Source: a virus (lineage: Duplodnaviria; Heunggongvirae; Uroviricota; Caudoviricetes). From it: DNA of 64,000 nucleotides. Both the position numbers and the translations under genes were made by a program. The DNA is taken from positions 110,446 to 174,445 of the IMG/VR virus record IMGVR_UViG_3300028833_000055; one strand, given 5' to 3'. Below are positions 18,748-28,881 of this stretch, piece by piece. Each line of letters begins with the position of its first letter. Positions within the stretch are counted from its first letter, which is position 1. The notes under the pieces are model-generated. The model had not been told where the DNA came from and made no database searches. It was given only the letters and a program-made list of their open reading frames with translations.

Positions 18748-19829
18748 TTCTTTTCCTTATATTTGGTGTATAATTCCATCATTTTCTCAAGTCTCTTGCC
18801 TTCAATGTCATTATCCTTGAACCATTCCTTGACATATTCATCTGCGGATTTTCTTTCTATCGTACCGTTTCCACTTTCAATTTGTTCCATCATTATGTCA
18901 TCATCTATGGAATGTATTGAAAAATCCCTGAAAATACCGTTAAGTTCTTCGGTGAGGACATTGAATTTACATTGTATGACATCACTTCTCTTTACGGTGA
19001 GATTTATATGACAGTTATTCCATTCATCCTTCAAGTCACCGACCGTCTTATCAAGGATTTCGTATATTGAATAGTCCTTGAACTTCGGTGAATATGCGTT
19101 TTCATAGAAGGAAGTCTTACCCGTTTCAATGTCAAGGACTGTAATACCACAAGCGTCTCCTATCTCACCACGTTTCAGTTGATACGGTGAACCTACATAA
19201 TGGACATTCTTATAGTCCTGTTTCTTATGTATGTGTCCAGCGAATACTATGGAATCCTTGAAACTCTTGCTGTCTATCGAATTAGACGACATAGACCTTG
19301 AACCCTTCGTATTTAAAAGACATCCGTTTACATCGAGATGACCGAAAATGTAATCCACATTTACAGAGGCGAGAAGTCTGTTCTCCTCTTCGAGTGTGTT
19401 CACCCAAGGGTTGAAAAGGATTTTCTTTCCGTCTATCGTATCGACTTTCGGTTTACCATACACTTTTATATGGGGTATCCTTTCTATTATCCTTATTGAT
19501 GTTATGTCATTTGAGGACTTGTTGTATATGTCGTGGTTTCCGACAACTATACGGATGTCATCAAAGATTTCCGACATCTTTTCAAATATGTCGATAGTCC
19601 GACATAAAGTGTTCAGTCCAACCGTACTTCTGTTGTCGAATACATCTCCGAGATGAACAAGTATGTCACCCTTTCTGTATTCTTTTCTCATCAAAGGTAT
19701 TACGACATTTTCGAAATATCCTCCCAAATCATCGAGCCACACTTCGTTGTCATTGTTAAAACCGAAATGTGTATCCGCTAAAAACCAAATTCTACTCATA
19801 CGAATAATATATCCGAATCCACGACACAA
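18744..19829 (-). CDS. gp47: Mre11/SbcD-like recombination nuclease (T4 gp47-like)
   Basis: ADTHFG, HLGDVFDNR, VGNHD, FGHL, FAGHIH, YVGSPYQ. The true start is probably the downstream M of MSRIWFL. Confidence 0.85.
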   Translation of the reverse strand: MCRGFGYIIRMSRIWFLADTHFGFNNDNEVWLDDLGGYFENVVIPLMRKEYRKGDILVHLGDVFDNRSTVGLNTLCRTIDIFEKMSEIFDDIRIVVGNHDIYNKSSNDITSIRIIERIPHIKVYGKPKVDTIDGKKILFNPWVNTLEEENRLLASVNVDYIFGHLDVNGCLLNTKGSRSMSSNSIDSKSFKDSIVFAGHIHKKQDYKNVHYVGSPYQLKRGEIGDACGITVLDIETGKTSFYENAYSPKFKDYSIYEILDKTVGDLKDEWNNCHINLTVKRSDVIQCKFNVLTEELNGIFRDFSIHSIDDDIMMEQIESGNGTIERKSADEYVKEWFKDNDIEGKRLEKMMELYTKYKEKK

Positions 19830-20452
19830 TCACCAATATCAAGATGATACGGTCTGTGTTCACCGGATTCTATCCTTTTAAAATAATTATCTATCACTTC
19901 TTGTTTTCTGTCAAAATCAACCCTGAGCATATTCTCCTCACACTGATTGTCGGCGATATGAACCAGATAAAGTTTATTCTGCAAACCATATCTCGACTGG
20001 GTGGATTGCTCTTCATAATACCATTTTATCAGTTCTTCCGGATTGTTTATGTAATAATCCCTCTCCTTGTCAGTGAACTTGTTAGGTATTCTTGTGCTTT
20101 TCAAGTCAAATTCGGTATTCAGTCCACCGACATTATTGAACTTGAAATCCCACATCTTGTCTTTCTTGTTCGGATTCGGTACAGCCTTCCCCTTGGAACA
20201 GAAACAGTATTCGTCACACATAGCACCCCAGCATCTCCACCATCTACAAAAACAATAATCCCTCTCATAGTTATCCGTCAGTTTATTCATTATATAGTCA
20301 ATCAACTGGTTAAAACGGTATATGGAAAACGGATTTGTCCTCTTGTCATATTCCTTGTTCTGGATTGCACCCCATTTTATTTTCATATTCGGTTTCTTTC
20401 TTATGGGGATTATCATCTCATATTTGAATTCTTCAAAAAACGCCTTGTCCAT
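19796..20452 (-). CDS. putative type II restriction endonuclease-like protein
   Basis: RWWRCWGAMCDEY...WDFKF...FDLKST...LIKWYYEEQS.QSRY...N.LYLV resembles PD-(D/E)XK REases found next to MTases. It lies 2 nt downstream of an MTase stop codon. Confidence 0.5.
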   Translation of the reverse strand: MDKAFFEEFKYEMIIPIRKKPNMKIKWGAIQNKEYDKRTNPFSIYRFNQLIDYIMNKLTDNYERDYCFCRWWRCWGAMCDEYCFCSKGKAVPNPNKKDKMWDFKFNNVGGLNTEFDLKSTRIPNKFTDKERDYYINNPEELIKWYYEEQSTQSRYGLQNKLYLVHIADNQCEENMLRVDFDRKQEVIDNYFKRIESGEHRPYHLDIGDCVVDSDILFV

Positions 20453-20454
20453 AA

Positions 20455-21177
20455 CTAAAACAATTCAAACTGTTTCTTCGATAGGATACTTTCAATTCTT
20501 TTTACCGCCATATCGAAATACTCCTTATTCTTCTCTATCCCTATGAATTTTCGACCGGTTCTCATACACGCCTCACCTGTCGTACCACTACCCATAAACA
20601 TATCGAGAACGACATCACCTCCATCAGAACCGACCTTCAGCATATGTATTATCGGTTCAACTGGTTTCAGTGCCGGATGACACCATTCCTTCTTGCCGCC
20701 TATGTTCCAATGGTAGTCCGTAACCTTGTCCTTATAGTCACCTGTTATTTTCCTGCCTTTCCACATATGGATACAATAATCCTTATCCTGATATTTTCCA
20801 TTGAGGTTCGGAAGAGCGTTATTACGATAGAGCATTATGTCCTGCCACGAATAACCGTTGTTGATGGCGTAGTTCAACAGTTCGGGGAACTGTTTTTTTG
20901 AACACCATAATTGATAGTTCGGTGTCTTGCATATTCTATCAAGTTCATTAAAGATGACATCCTTGTCAAATCCGTCCGAAATATCCGCCTTGTCAAGTAT
21001 TTCTTGTTGTCTATTGACTCCTATTCTCTCATACCAGTCGGACTTCTGTACACCACTGTGGACTATGTACGGAGGGTCTGAATGGACAAGTGTCACCGAA
21101 TCATCTTCAATACTTTTCAGAACATCACGGCAATCTCCGTTATATAATATACAATCACCTATTACTATTCCTTTCAT
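20455..21177 (-). CDS. beta-class N6A/N4C DNA methyltransferase
   Basis: SDPPY, HPALKP, VLDMFMGSGTTG, FIGIE; ends QFELF. Confidence 0.9.
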   Translation of the reverse strand: MKGIVIGDCILYNGDCRDVLKSIEDDSVTLVHSDPPYIVHSGVQKSDWYERIGVNRQQEILDKADISDGFDKDVIFNELDRICKTPNYQLWCSKKQFPELLNYAINNGYSWQDIMLYRNNALPNLNGKYQDKDYCIHMWKGRKITGDYKDKVTDYHWNIGGKKEWCHPALKPVEPIIHMLKVGSDGGDVVLDMFMGSGTTGEACMRTGRKFIGIEKNKEYFDMAVKRIESILSKKQFELF

Positions 21178-21246
21178 ATTTTAAATATAACAAAAAATAA
21201 AAGGGTGAGAAGTTTTTCCCACCCTTTTATTTTTTTTTCAGTTCTA

Positions 21247-22128
21247 TTAACCGAAAGATACTGGTGACAATGCCAATGTTGTCTTTGTGCAAGTCTCTTC
21301 ATCAAAAGATGAGATTACTATTCTGTTCGGATAGAACTCAATCGTATAAGACTTGTCGATGTCAGCCCACTCGAAGAACTTCTTGTTGAAGCAAGAAAGA
21401 TAGTCGTCCTTTCCATCGAAGTTTTCGTAATCGGTGAAATTAAGTTTCTTGCAGTACATCTTTTCACAATTTGCAAATGCTTCAAAGGCGTCTTTTTCAT
21501 CACTGCGAGCACGCTTGATTATGTCGTTAAGTTCAATACGAACATTTTCATCCCTTGACTCGACTTCCGACATATACACTTCATCACCTCTCTTCTGGAA
21601 GAAAACACGAGCAGATTCACCGTTCAAACCAAAGAGACTCTTCATATATCTGAACTCATTCTCGTTGATATTGAAAGAGAACTGAATATTGGTCGTGTTG
21701 TTGAAGATGGCATTCTTCTTATCCTCATCGAGAGTAAGGAAATCAACGGCTTCCGGGTCTGCACAAGGTACATTTACATAACCTTCTCCGGTATGGATGC
21801 AAATCTTTCTTGCAAAGTTGTTATCCTCTATGTCGAATGTTATGTTGACACTTTCGCCACCGACAAACTGAAGTACCGACAATAACTTGCTGGCGTCACT
21901 GAACTGAATCTTAACCGATTCATCACCACATTCGTTGACATACTCTTCACAGATTTTCTCCAAATCGGATTCAACCGCCTTCAAACCGCTTCTCTGTTTG
22001 TTGTAAGCGATTGATTCAAATTCACTACCTTTCACTGTTGTGAAAATCATCTTGTCCATACTTGAACTTCTCTTGATGAGATTTGTGAAACTCTTGGTTT
22101 CTACATTCTTCAAACTTATTTTTCTCAT
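21247..22128 (-). CDS. probable sliding clamp (gp45-like)
   Basis: 293 aa acidic protein with a clamp-like alternation of helices and beta strands, in the replication region under the replication-type promoter. Not confirmed by search. Confidence 0.5.
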   Translation of the reverse strand: MRKISLKNVETKSFTNLIKRSSSMDKMIFTTVKGSEFESIAYNKQRSGLKAVESDLEKICEEYVNECGDESVKIQFSDASKLLSVLQFVGGESVNITFDIEDNNFARKICIHTGEGYVNVPCADPEAVDFLTLDEDKKNAIFNNTTNIQFSFNINENEFRYMKSLFGLNGESARVFFQKRGDEVYMSEVESRDENVRIELNDIIKRARSDEKDAFEAFANCEKMYCKKLNFTDYENFDGKDDYLSCFNKKFFEWADIDKSYTIEFYPNRIVISSFDEETCTKTTLALSPVSFG

Positions 22129-22175
22129 ATAACTAAAATTAAAAATTATTTCTTCTGAATTAAATATAACAAAAA

Positions 22176-22385
22176 TTAAACAAGTTTTTCACCCGTATAC
22201 GGGTCATATTTAATATTTGTATCGTTTATCTCATTTTCATACACTTCATTCGTGTCGGTATCGGTAATTTTATGTTTTAAACAAACTTTCCCGTTTTTAA
22301 CAAATAAACGACTATCAAGTATTAAAAAAGAATTATCCGTACCACTTTTCTTTTTGAAACAATTTCTAGAACAATATTCTTTCAT
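22176..22385 (-). CDS. small hypothetical protein
   Basis: 69 aa with CSRNC and YDPYTGEKL; has its own promoter motif. Confidence 0.6.
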   Translation of the reverse strand: MKEYCSRNCFKKKSGTDNSFLILDSRLFVKNGKVCLKHKITDTDTNEVYENEINDTNIKYDPYTGEKLV

Positions 22386-22419
22386 ATCAAATTTATTTTT
22401 TAATTAAATATAACAAAAA

Positions 22420-23187
22420 TTACCATAATTGAAACATTTTTTCACCCTTTAATTTATCCAGCCTCCTGTTCGCTATCTTGCAGTACTCCTTACTTATTTC
22501 AGTACCGATATATTTCCTGTCAAAATTTTCACAGACATAACAAGTTGTACCGGCACCCGAAAAGGGGTCGAAGACAATATCGTTCTTGTATGTGAAAAGT
22601 TTCAATATCCTTTCGACAAGTTCCTCGGGAAACATAGCCGGATGACCGAAATCACTCATCCTGTTTTCCGGAGCGATACTCCATTTGGCGGTGGTCCATT
22701 TCTTGAACTCGTCACCGGTTATGTCTATATTCTCCTTTTCACCTTCGTGTTTCGGATTGCTCTTATAGAAATACTCCACATATTCCCAAGTGTATTTCAG
22801 ATATGGTTTCGATGGACTTTTCCAACTTCCCCAAGCGGTGTATGCACAGTTGTAATTGTTCTTCTCCCACAATATTTCACCACCCCAGATAAGACCGAGT
22901 TCGGACAATATACTTGAAACAATATGGTGTGTCGGATAATTTTCGGAGAAAACCGGCTGGACATTCACGAATATCCTTCCACCATCTTTCAACACTCTTG
23001 CACATTCACTAAAAACTTTCGTCAGAAATTCACGGTATTTCACGGGGTCGAATTTGTCGTCATACGAGTCATACCCTTTATCAAACATATATGGAGGCGA
23101 TGTTATGATACAATCGACAGAAGAATCGTCAATTCTCTTCATCACTTCTATACAGTCTTCATTATATATTTTGTTTAATTCAATCAT
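22420..23187 (-). CDS. beta-class (probably N4C) DNA methyltransferase
   Basis: TSPPY, HPAMFP, DPFSGAGTT; ends MFQLW. Confidence 0.9.
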   Translation of the reverse strand: MIELNKIYNEDCIEVMKRIDDSSVDCIITSPPYMFDKGYDSYDDKFDPVKYREFLTKVFSECARVLKDGGRIFVNVQPVFSENYPTHHIVSSILSELGLIWGGEILWEKNNYNCAYTAWGSWKSPSKPYLKYTWEYVEYFYKSNPKHEGEKENIDITGDEFKKWTTAKWSIAPENRMSDFGHPAMFPEELVERILKLFTYKNDIVFDPFSGAGTTCYVCENFDRKYIGTEISKEYCKIANRRLDKLKGEKMFQLW

Positions 23188-23239
23188 ATATCTAAATATA
23201 ACAAAAAAAAGGCAACCTTTTAAGTTGCCTTATGTCATA

Positions 23240-24016
23240 TTAGAAACCTTCATCATCAAGTTTATCTTTCAAATCGCTTTCAAGGTCCCAAATTTTAATA
23301 TCTTTATAAATTTCAAGTTCAACCTCATCGTCTTTTTGATAACGTCTGTCTTCGGATTCTGTACAAATCGCTTTTACATCCCAACAATCTTCAAGGTCTT
23401 TAAGAGCATAAAGTTTCCAATAAGAATCTGCTGTTTCACCGTGGTTACCCAAATACCTGTTAATTGTAACAGGAATACCTAAATCTTCTTCCGCTTCATC
23501 ATCAAAATCTTCAACACCCCAAGGAATAGGTTCAAAATCCAATTGATTCAAAGATTCTTTTATTTCTTTATGTAATAATGCTTGTGCTTCTTCCAATACA
23601 ACATCCGGATAAACACAATCATCATCAAGTGTAGGGATTGAAGCATTGTCGGCTATCCAGTTATCAAAATCATCAATCACAACCTTCTTCACGGTATTTG
23701 GATTTTTGAAACCATTTTCAAAGAAATCAATTTCACCTACACCGGTGAGTGCCCATTCTATATGACCTTCCCAAACATAACAATACACCATCCATTCATT
23801 AGAAGGAGAATAGAATAAAATTATGTCGTCACCTATTTTTTTACTGGTAAACCTGAACATACCCCAGTCATTACCGGTAAGATTTTCATTAAATTCATAT
23901 TCTTTTGAATGTAGTTCCCAATCAAGAGTTCCTTCAATCTGTTTATAATTTTCAGATGATGTAACACTTTCATTTACTTTATTAAATTCATCGAATGACA
24001 ATATGATTTTTTTCAT
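23240..24016 (-). CDS. AT-rich late protein with CTS-like N-terminus
   Basis: Begins MKKIILSFDEFNKVNES; late promoter at 24043-24051. Confidence 0.7.
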   Translation of the reverse strand: MKKIILSFDEFNKVNESVTSSENYKQIEGTLDWELHSKEYEFNENLTGNDWGMFRFTSKKIGDDIILFYSPSNEWMVYCYVWEGHIEWALTGVGEIDFFENGFKNPNTVKKVVIDDFDNWIADNASIPTLDDDCVYPDVVLEEAQALLHKEIKESLNQLDFEPIPWGVEDFDDEAEEDLGIPVTINRYLGNHGETADSYWKLYALKDLEDCWDVKAICTESEDRRYQKDDEVELEIYKDIKIWDLESDLKDKLDDEGF

Positions 24017-24053
24017 TTCAATTTATTTGTTTATTTATATATTATTTATGAAA

Positions 24054-24824
24054 TTAAAATAATTTTATCACCGATTTTTCATCATCTATCCTTCTTGTCG
24101 CTTTCTCGAAGTATTCCCTTTCAAGTTCAAACCCGATGAAATTCCTTTTCTCCCTTATGCAAGCGACTGCGGTGGTACCGCTACCCATACAGTTGTCGAG
24201 AACCAAATCACCTTCGTTTGTATATGTCCTTACTAGATATGATATAAGTTCGACGGGTTTCTGTGTGGGGTGGAATGTCTTGCAATGCTCCTTTTCAACA
24301 TCTATTATGCTTGTCGGATATTTCATTCCGGACAAATCGTCTTCTGCAAGCGAAGCGTCAAATTTACCGTAGCACTGGTTTTTCTGTTCACTCTTGACAT
24401 TTCCACGAGAATGGTTCTTTGCACCCTTCATCTTCTGTGGATTGTATGTGGGAAGTTTCTTGTAGAAAACAGCGATGTCCTCGTGGTTACGAAGAGGCAT
24501 CCTGTTTGAATTTAAGAAACCGGTTGCACGGTTTCCTTTTTTCCAGATAAGGTTATACCTCCACATCGAAGGGTTGCTCATCATAAGCTGTGCGGTGAAC
24601 ATACCTTGGCAAAACAATACTATTGCACCGTTGTCCTTTATAATCCTGTTATATTGTTCCCACAACTTGTCAAACGGTATTATCGTGTCCCATCTTGCAC
24701 TTTCGTTTGTTTTGTTTAAAACATTATAGGGCAAATCACAGATGATACAGTCTATCGAACCGTCATCTATCTTTTTCATACCTTCAAGGCAGTCTTCGTT
24801 ATATATTCTATTTAATTCCAACAT
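24054..24824 (-). CDS. beta-class DNA methyltransferase
   Basis: CDLPY, HPTQKP, LDNCMGSGTT; ends VIKLF. Confidence 0.9.
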   Translation of the reverse strand: MLELNRIYNEDCLEGMKKIDDGSIDCIICDLPYNVLNKTNESARWDTIIPFDKLWEQYNRIIKDNGAIVLFCQGMFTAQLMMSNPSMWRYNLIWKKGNRATGFLNSNRMPLRNHEDIAVFYKKLPTYNPQKMKGAKNHSRGNVKSEQKNQCYGKFDASLAEDDLSGMKYPTSIIDVEKEHCKTFHPTQKPVELISYLVRTYTNEGDLVLDNCMGSGTTAVACIREKRNFIGFELEREYFEKATRRIDDEKSVIKLF

Positions 24825-24909
24825 ACTTTAAATATAACAAAAATGACATAAACTACCGACTATTATAACGAAAAGGAAAAATAAAAAAGGAGGGTTACAA
24901 CCCTCCTCG

Positions 24910-25785
24910 TTACCACAATGAATTATCATTTTCCGGCATATAATTCAGATACAAACTTTCATATACTATGGCATTTCTATCCTTTCCTATCGTTCTTTTG
25001 AACGATGAGTTACCGCTTTTTATATAAAGATGTTTTCTATAACATTCATCGGGAACAGAATATGTGTTATCGACACCACCCGATTTTCCGTCAAACGACA
25101 ATGTAAACTTCACATTTCTTTTTGAAACCTCATTGAGAAAATTGAAGAAAGATTCAAAGTCTATTCCTCCGAAATACATTCCCTTGGTATTGAAGTAAGG
25201 CGGGTCCATATAGATGAAATCACCTTCCTTGACCTCACCGATTATCTCTTCGTATGAACGATGTATGAACTCGACATTGTGCTTTCTCAACTTTTCACTC
25301 CATTCATACAATACCGGTTTCAACATTTCGGGTTTTATTCCGTCCCTCGTTATATGGAAACCATTGTTAAACTCGCCCTTTCTGTTATATCTGGGCATAC
25401 CGTTTGTGGTCGTCCTCATTATAAAGAAGAAAACGAGAGGGTCGTGTGTCCTGTTGTATATTTCCCGTTGCTCCTCGAAGAACCTCCTCTTCCTGTCTAT
25501 GTCGTCATCTCTGTTCAGTTCCTTCCACAGAGTCTCGTATGTCTCGTATATCTCGTCCGGAAAATCCTTCACTTTGTTCCACAGTGATATGAGGTCTCCG
25601 TTTATATCCGAACAGACATACCTTTTAACCGGAATGTTTGAGTTTATAAGTCCCATAAGCATAGAACAACCTCCACAAAAAGGTTCATAATATGTGTCTA
25701 TGTGCTGTGGGAAATATTCAAGTATCTCATCACACTGACTTCTTTTGGAACCACTCCATTTTATTACGGGTTGAAACTTTACCAT
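24910..25785 (-). CDS. dam: Dam-family N6-adenine DNA methyltransferase (paralogue of 7056..7895)
   Basis: KWSGSK, YYEPFCGGCSM, YMDPPY; ends DNSLW. Confidence 0.9.
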   Translation of the reverse strand: MVKFQPVIKWSGSKRSQCDEILEYFPQHIDTYYEPFCGGCSMLMGLINSNIPVKRYVCSDINGDLISLWNKVKDFPDEIYETYETLWKELNRDDDIDRKRRFFEEQREIYNRTHDPLVFFFIMRTTTNGMPRYNRKGEFNNGFHITRDGIKPEMLKPVLYEWSEKLRKHNVEFIHRSYEEIIGEVKEGDFIYMDPPYFNTKGMYFGGIDFESFFNFLNEVSKRNVKFTLSFDGKSGGVDNTYSVPDECYRKHLYIKSGNSSFKRTIGKDRNAIVYESLYLNYMPENDNSLW

Positions 25786-26516
25786 AACTTATTTTCGTTT
25801 TCCTTAACTGCTTCATTTATTCTCATACTTGCAATCCCAAAATATTTTTCATCAAGTTCAATACCTATGAAATTCCTGTCTGTATTTACACAAGCAATAC
25901 CCGTTGAACCAGAACCCATTGTATTATCCAATACAATATCACCTTCATCGGTATATGTCTTTATGAGATATTCAAGAAGGTCAACCGGTTTCTCGTTGGG
26001 ATGTTTCTTATGATAGTTGTCAACACAGTCAAATTCAAGGAGATTGTTCGGAAATCTCGTTGTGTCACCACCTTCATAATTCCTTTTGTTCCCACCATAA
26101 TATATCTTTCCGTTTGAACATCCTTTCGCCGAACAAGTCGGAATATGACCGTCGGTTTTCTGCGGGTTATACTCGTTTTTATAAAACACACATATCTCCT
26201 CTATTTTCCTCAACGGCATCCGTTTGGCATGAAAGAAATTGGTTGTCTGATTTTTAGACCAGTACCAGCAGTACTTGAAATTTGACATATTGGATGAAAT
26301 CAACAAAGTTGTAAACGGTTGTGACGAAAACAGTACAACAGGACAGTTTTCCTTCCTTATCCTTTCATACTGTTTCCATAATTCATCGAATTTTATAATT
26401 TTGTCCCATTCTTGTGCCGTACATCCATAAGGAAGGTCACAAAGAACCATATCAACACTTTCATCGGGCATTGACATCATTATGTCAAGACAGTCACCGT
26501 TATACAGTTCTACCAT
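25779..26516 (-). CDS. beta-class DNA methyltransferase
   Basis: CDLPY, HPNEKP, LDNTMGSGST; ends ENKLW. Confidence 0.9.
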   Translation of the reverse strand: MVELYNGDCLDIMMSMPDESVDMVLCDLPYGCTAQEWDKIIKFDELWKQYERIRKENCPVVLFSSQPFTTLLISSNMSNFKYCWYWSKNQTTNFFHAKRMPLRKIEEICVFYKNEYNPQKTDGHIPTCSAKGCSNGKIYYGGNKRNYEGGDTTRFPNNLLEFDCVDNYHKKHPNEKPVDLLEYLIKTYTDEGDIVLDNTMGSGSTGIACVNTDRNFIGIELDEKYFGIASMRINEAVKENENKLW

Positions 26517-27256
26517 AATGAAACGTTGTTTTGGAGTTTCAAAATCCTGTCATTGGCCACCTTGAAATATTCTTCTTCTATCTCGAACCCGATAAAGTCC
26601 CTCTTTGTGTTGATACACGCTACGGCGGTGGTTCCGCTTCCGATACAATTATCAAGAACGAGACCTCCCTCCGGACAATACGACTTTACAAGAAACTCCA
26701 TCAGTTCGACTGGTTTCTGTGTCGGATGTATCTGGTCCTGTCTTCTCCACTTCTGCGGGAAGTCGAGAACCGTCGATGGATGACGGGTTCCGTTGTTGAT
26801 ATGTTCAGTTCCCTTTATCCCGAAACCGAGATTGTTTCTCTTGTTCAGAGTATATTTCCTTTTGTAAGGGGTACCCTTCAGCATCTGCGGTTCATAATAC
26901 GCCGCCGGATGGCCGAACACAAGTATCATCTCGTGTTTCTTCATCGGCATAAACTTGGCGGTGAAAGGTGAACCGCACTTCGATTTCTTCCACACCATAT
27001 CGTATCTGAATAATTTCTCATTCGACAAGGCGAGACGAAAGGCGAACATACCGGTGCCGAAGAGGATTATGTTACCCTTCGGCTTTATTATCCTCTCATA
27101 CTGTTCCCACAGTTTATCCACCGGAAGATTCTTATCCCATTCGAGCGATGTCGTTTGATATGGGAGGTCACAGATGATGCAGTCCACCGAACTGTCATCA
27201 ATCCGTTTCATACCATCCATACAATCCTCGTTGTAAATTTTGTTTATATTCAGCAT
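26510..27256 (-). CDS. beta-class DNA methyltransferase
   Basis: CDLPY, HPTQKP, LDNCIGSGTT; ends NVSLW. Confidence 0.9.
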   Translation of the reverse strand: MLNINKIYNEDCMDGMKRIDDSSVDCIICDLPYQTTSLEWDKNLPVDKLWEQYERIIKPKGNIILFGTGMFAFRLALSNEKLFRYDMVWKKSKCGSPFTAKFMPMKKHEMILVFGHPAAYYEPQMLKGTPYKRKYTLNKRNNLGFGIKGTEHINNGTRHPSTVLDFPQKWRRQDQIHPTQKPVELMEFLVKSYCPEGGLVLDNCIGSGTTAVACINTKRDFIGFEIEEEYFKVANDRILKLQNNVSLW

Positions 27257-27915
27257 TACCAGACAAAAATAAAAAGGTTAGTAAAACATATTATCTCCAT
27301 AAAGAAAATCCAAGCCTTGTTGTCCACATCGGCGGAGTAGTCTTTATTGTAAACACCGTCAACCTTCATTCCTATGAGTATGAAGATGATATAAGGTATT
27401 ATGATACCCGTCACCCCGTGAATACCGGCAGTGGAACAGATATAAATGGTCGTGAGTATAATTGCTATAAGTGAATTTGCATAGTGTATCAACCTCGCCG
27501 GTCCGTATTTGAAGAACTCCTTTCTTGAAAATTTTTCCTTCAGTTCACTCAAAAATTCCATAAAACTTTTACGTTCAACGAACTTACCACTTTCACCCTT
27601 GCATATATCCGCCCTATAACCGGAAATCTGCTTCGGTCCCGATTTATAACAGCAGGCTGCACCGACCATAAGCAACGAGATGACCACGACAATAGGTATC
27701 CATTTCAGGCCGTCCGGAGCCTTCTCGAACCACCATATTCCGAAAGGAACACTCGTCATTATAGACCATGCCGCAAACAACCAGTCCCACTTGGAAGGAA
27801 GTATATAATAGGTTTCACTTACTGAAACCGGCACACCATACTTGAACAGTATGAAAATAACGTATGCAAAGCAGCATACGATTGAAATAATCGGTAATGA
27901 AATCATAATATTCAC
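27256..27915 (-). CDS. multi-pass membrane protein
   Basis: 219 aa with several hydrophobic segments (GVPVSVSETYY, WLFAAW, WIFFMEI). Confidence 0.75.
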   Translation of the reverse strand: MNIMISLPIISIVCCFAYVIFILFKYGVPVSVSETYYILPSKWDWLFAAWSIMTSVPFGIWWFEKAPDGLKWIPIVVVISLLMVGAACCYKSGPKQISGYRADICKGESGKFVERKSFMEFLSELKEKFSRKEFFKYGPARLIHYANSLIAIILTTIYICSTAGIHGVTGIIIPYIIFILIGMKVDGVYNKDYSADVDNKAWIFFMEIICFTNLFIFVW

Positions 27916-28079
27916 TTTTTATTTTTTCTTATCAACTTGTTTGTAAATATGGTTACACAGACAGCAATCACACAGGCGAGAAAACATACTAGTCCTGCAA
28001 TCCAAGTTCCCATTAAAAGATATACTATCAGTCCGAATATGACCGAAAGAAACAGCAATACTATAATTAAAGCTATCAT
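27912..28079 (-). CDS. small membrane protein (not in the ORF track)
   Basis: My translation is MIALIIVLLFLSVIFGLIVYLLMGTWIAGLVCFLACVIAVCVTIFTNKLIRKNKK; TGATG overlap with the upstream MTase. Confidence 0.6.
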   Translation of the reverse strand: MIALIIVLLFLSVIFGLIVYLLMGTWIAGLVCFLACVIAVCVTIFTNKLIRKNKK

Positions 28080-28819
28080 CAGAAAAGTTTTATTTCATTA
28101 TTTATATGATGTATTCTGTCCTCCGCTATCCGGAAATATTTCCCATCGACTTCAAAACCGATAAAATTACGGTTCAAGTTAAGGCAAGCGACACCGGTAC
28201 TTCCACTACCCATACAACCGTCAAGAACGGTATCACCTTCATTGGAAGACATTTCTATTATCCGTTCCATCAGCTTAACGGGTTTCTGTGTCGGATGTTC
28301 GGTCTTTTCCTTCGAGTTGTGGGGAAGGGCGGATATGTCGGTCCACACGTCGGACAGACTGACACCTTCCTTCAACATACCTTCCGTATACTCCTTCCGT
28401 TTCGTGTCGAGTTTTATCTTGATGTTGTTGAAGACCGGTTCATTACCACCTTTGACATAATATGCTATCGGTTCATAACCGGAAGCCAAGGCGTGACCCC
28501 TCGTATTGTTGAAACCCCTTTTTCTCGCCCAGATGATTATTCTTTTTTCCATAAGATACCTGTCGAGTATATTGCAGATTTTCCTGTTCAGTTGTCTTGA
28601 TGTAAACAGAAAAACACTTCCACCGGGTTTCAAAACCCTTACATATTGGATGACAAGGGATTCTACCCATTTAAGATAGTCATCCTCGTTCTCCCACTTG
28701 TTGTCGAAGTCGGCATCCACCACACCGAAGTAAGGTAAATCACAGACAATACAATCTATTGAATTGTCTTTCAATCTGTTTCTTATTCCAGTTATACAGT
28801 CTTCGTTATACAGTTCCAT
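28079..28819 (-). CDS. beta-class DNA methyltransferase
   Basis: CDLPY, HPTQKP, LDGCMGSGST; ends EIKLF. Confidence 0.9.
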   Translation of the reverse strand: MELYNEDCITGIRNRLKDNSIDCIVCDLPYFGVVDADFDNKWENEDDYLKWVESLVIQYVRVLKPGGSVFLFTSRQLNRKICNILDRYLMEKRIIIWARKRGFNNTRGHALASGYEPIAYYVKGGNEPVFNNIKIKLDTKRKEYTEGMLKEGVSLSDVWTDISALPHNSKEKTEHPTQKPVKLMERIIEMSSNEGDTVLDGCMGSGSTGVACLNLNRNFIGFEVDGKYFRIAEDRIHHINNEIKLF

Positions 28820-28881
28820 ACAATTAAATATAACAAAAATGACTTATACATAAATAACATATACACACAAAAAAAAAGACT

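Noticed and set aside
25779-26516. LW tails explained purely by start/stop overlap (TTATGGTA[A/G] contains ATG)
   Set aside because: This holds for only two genes (25779, 26510). The other LW tails precede terminators or gaps, and the LF tails contain no such overlap. It is kept as a caveat.
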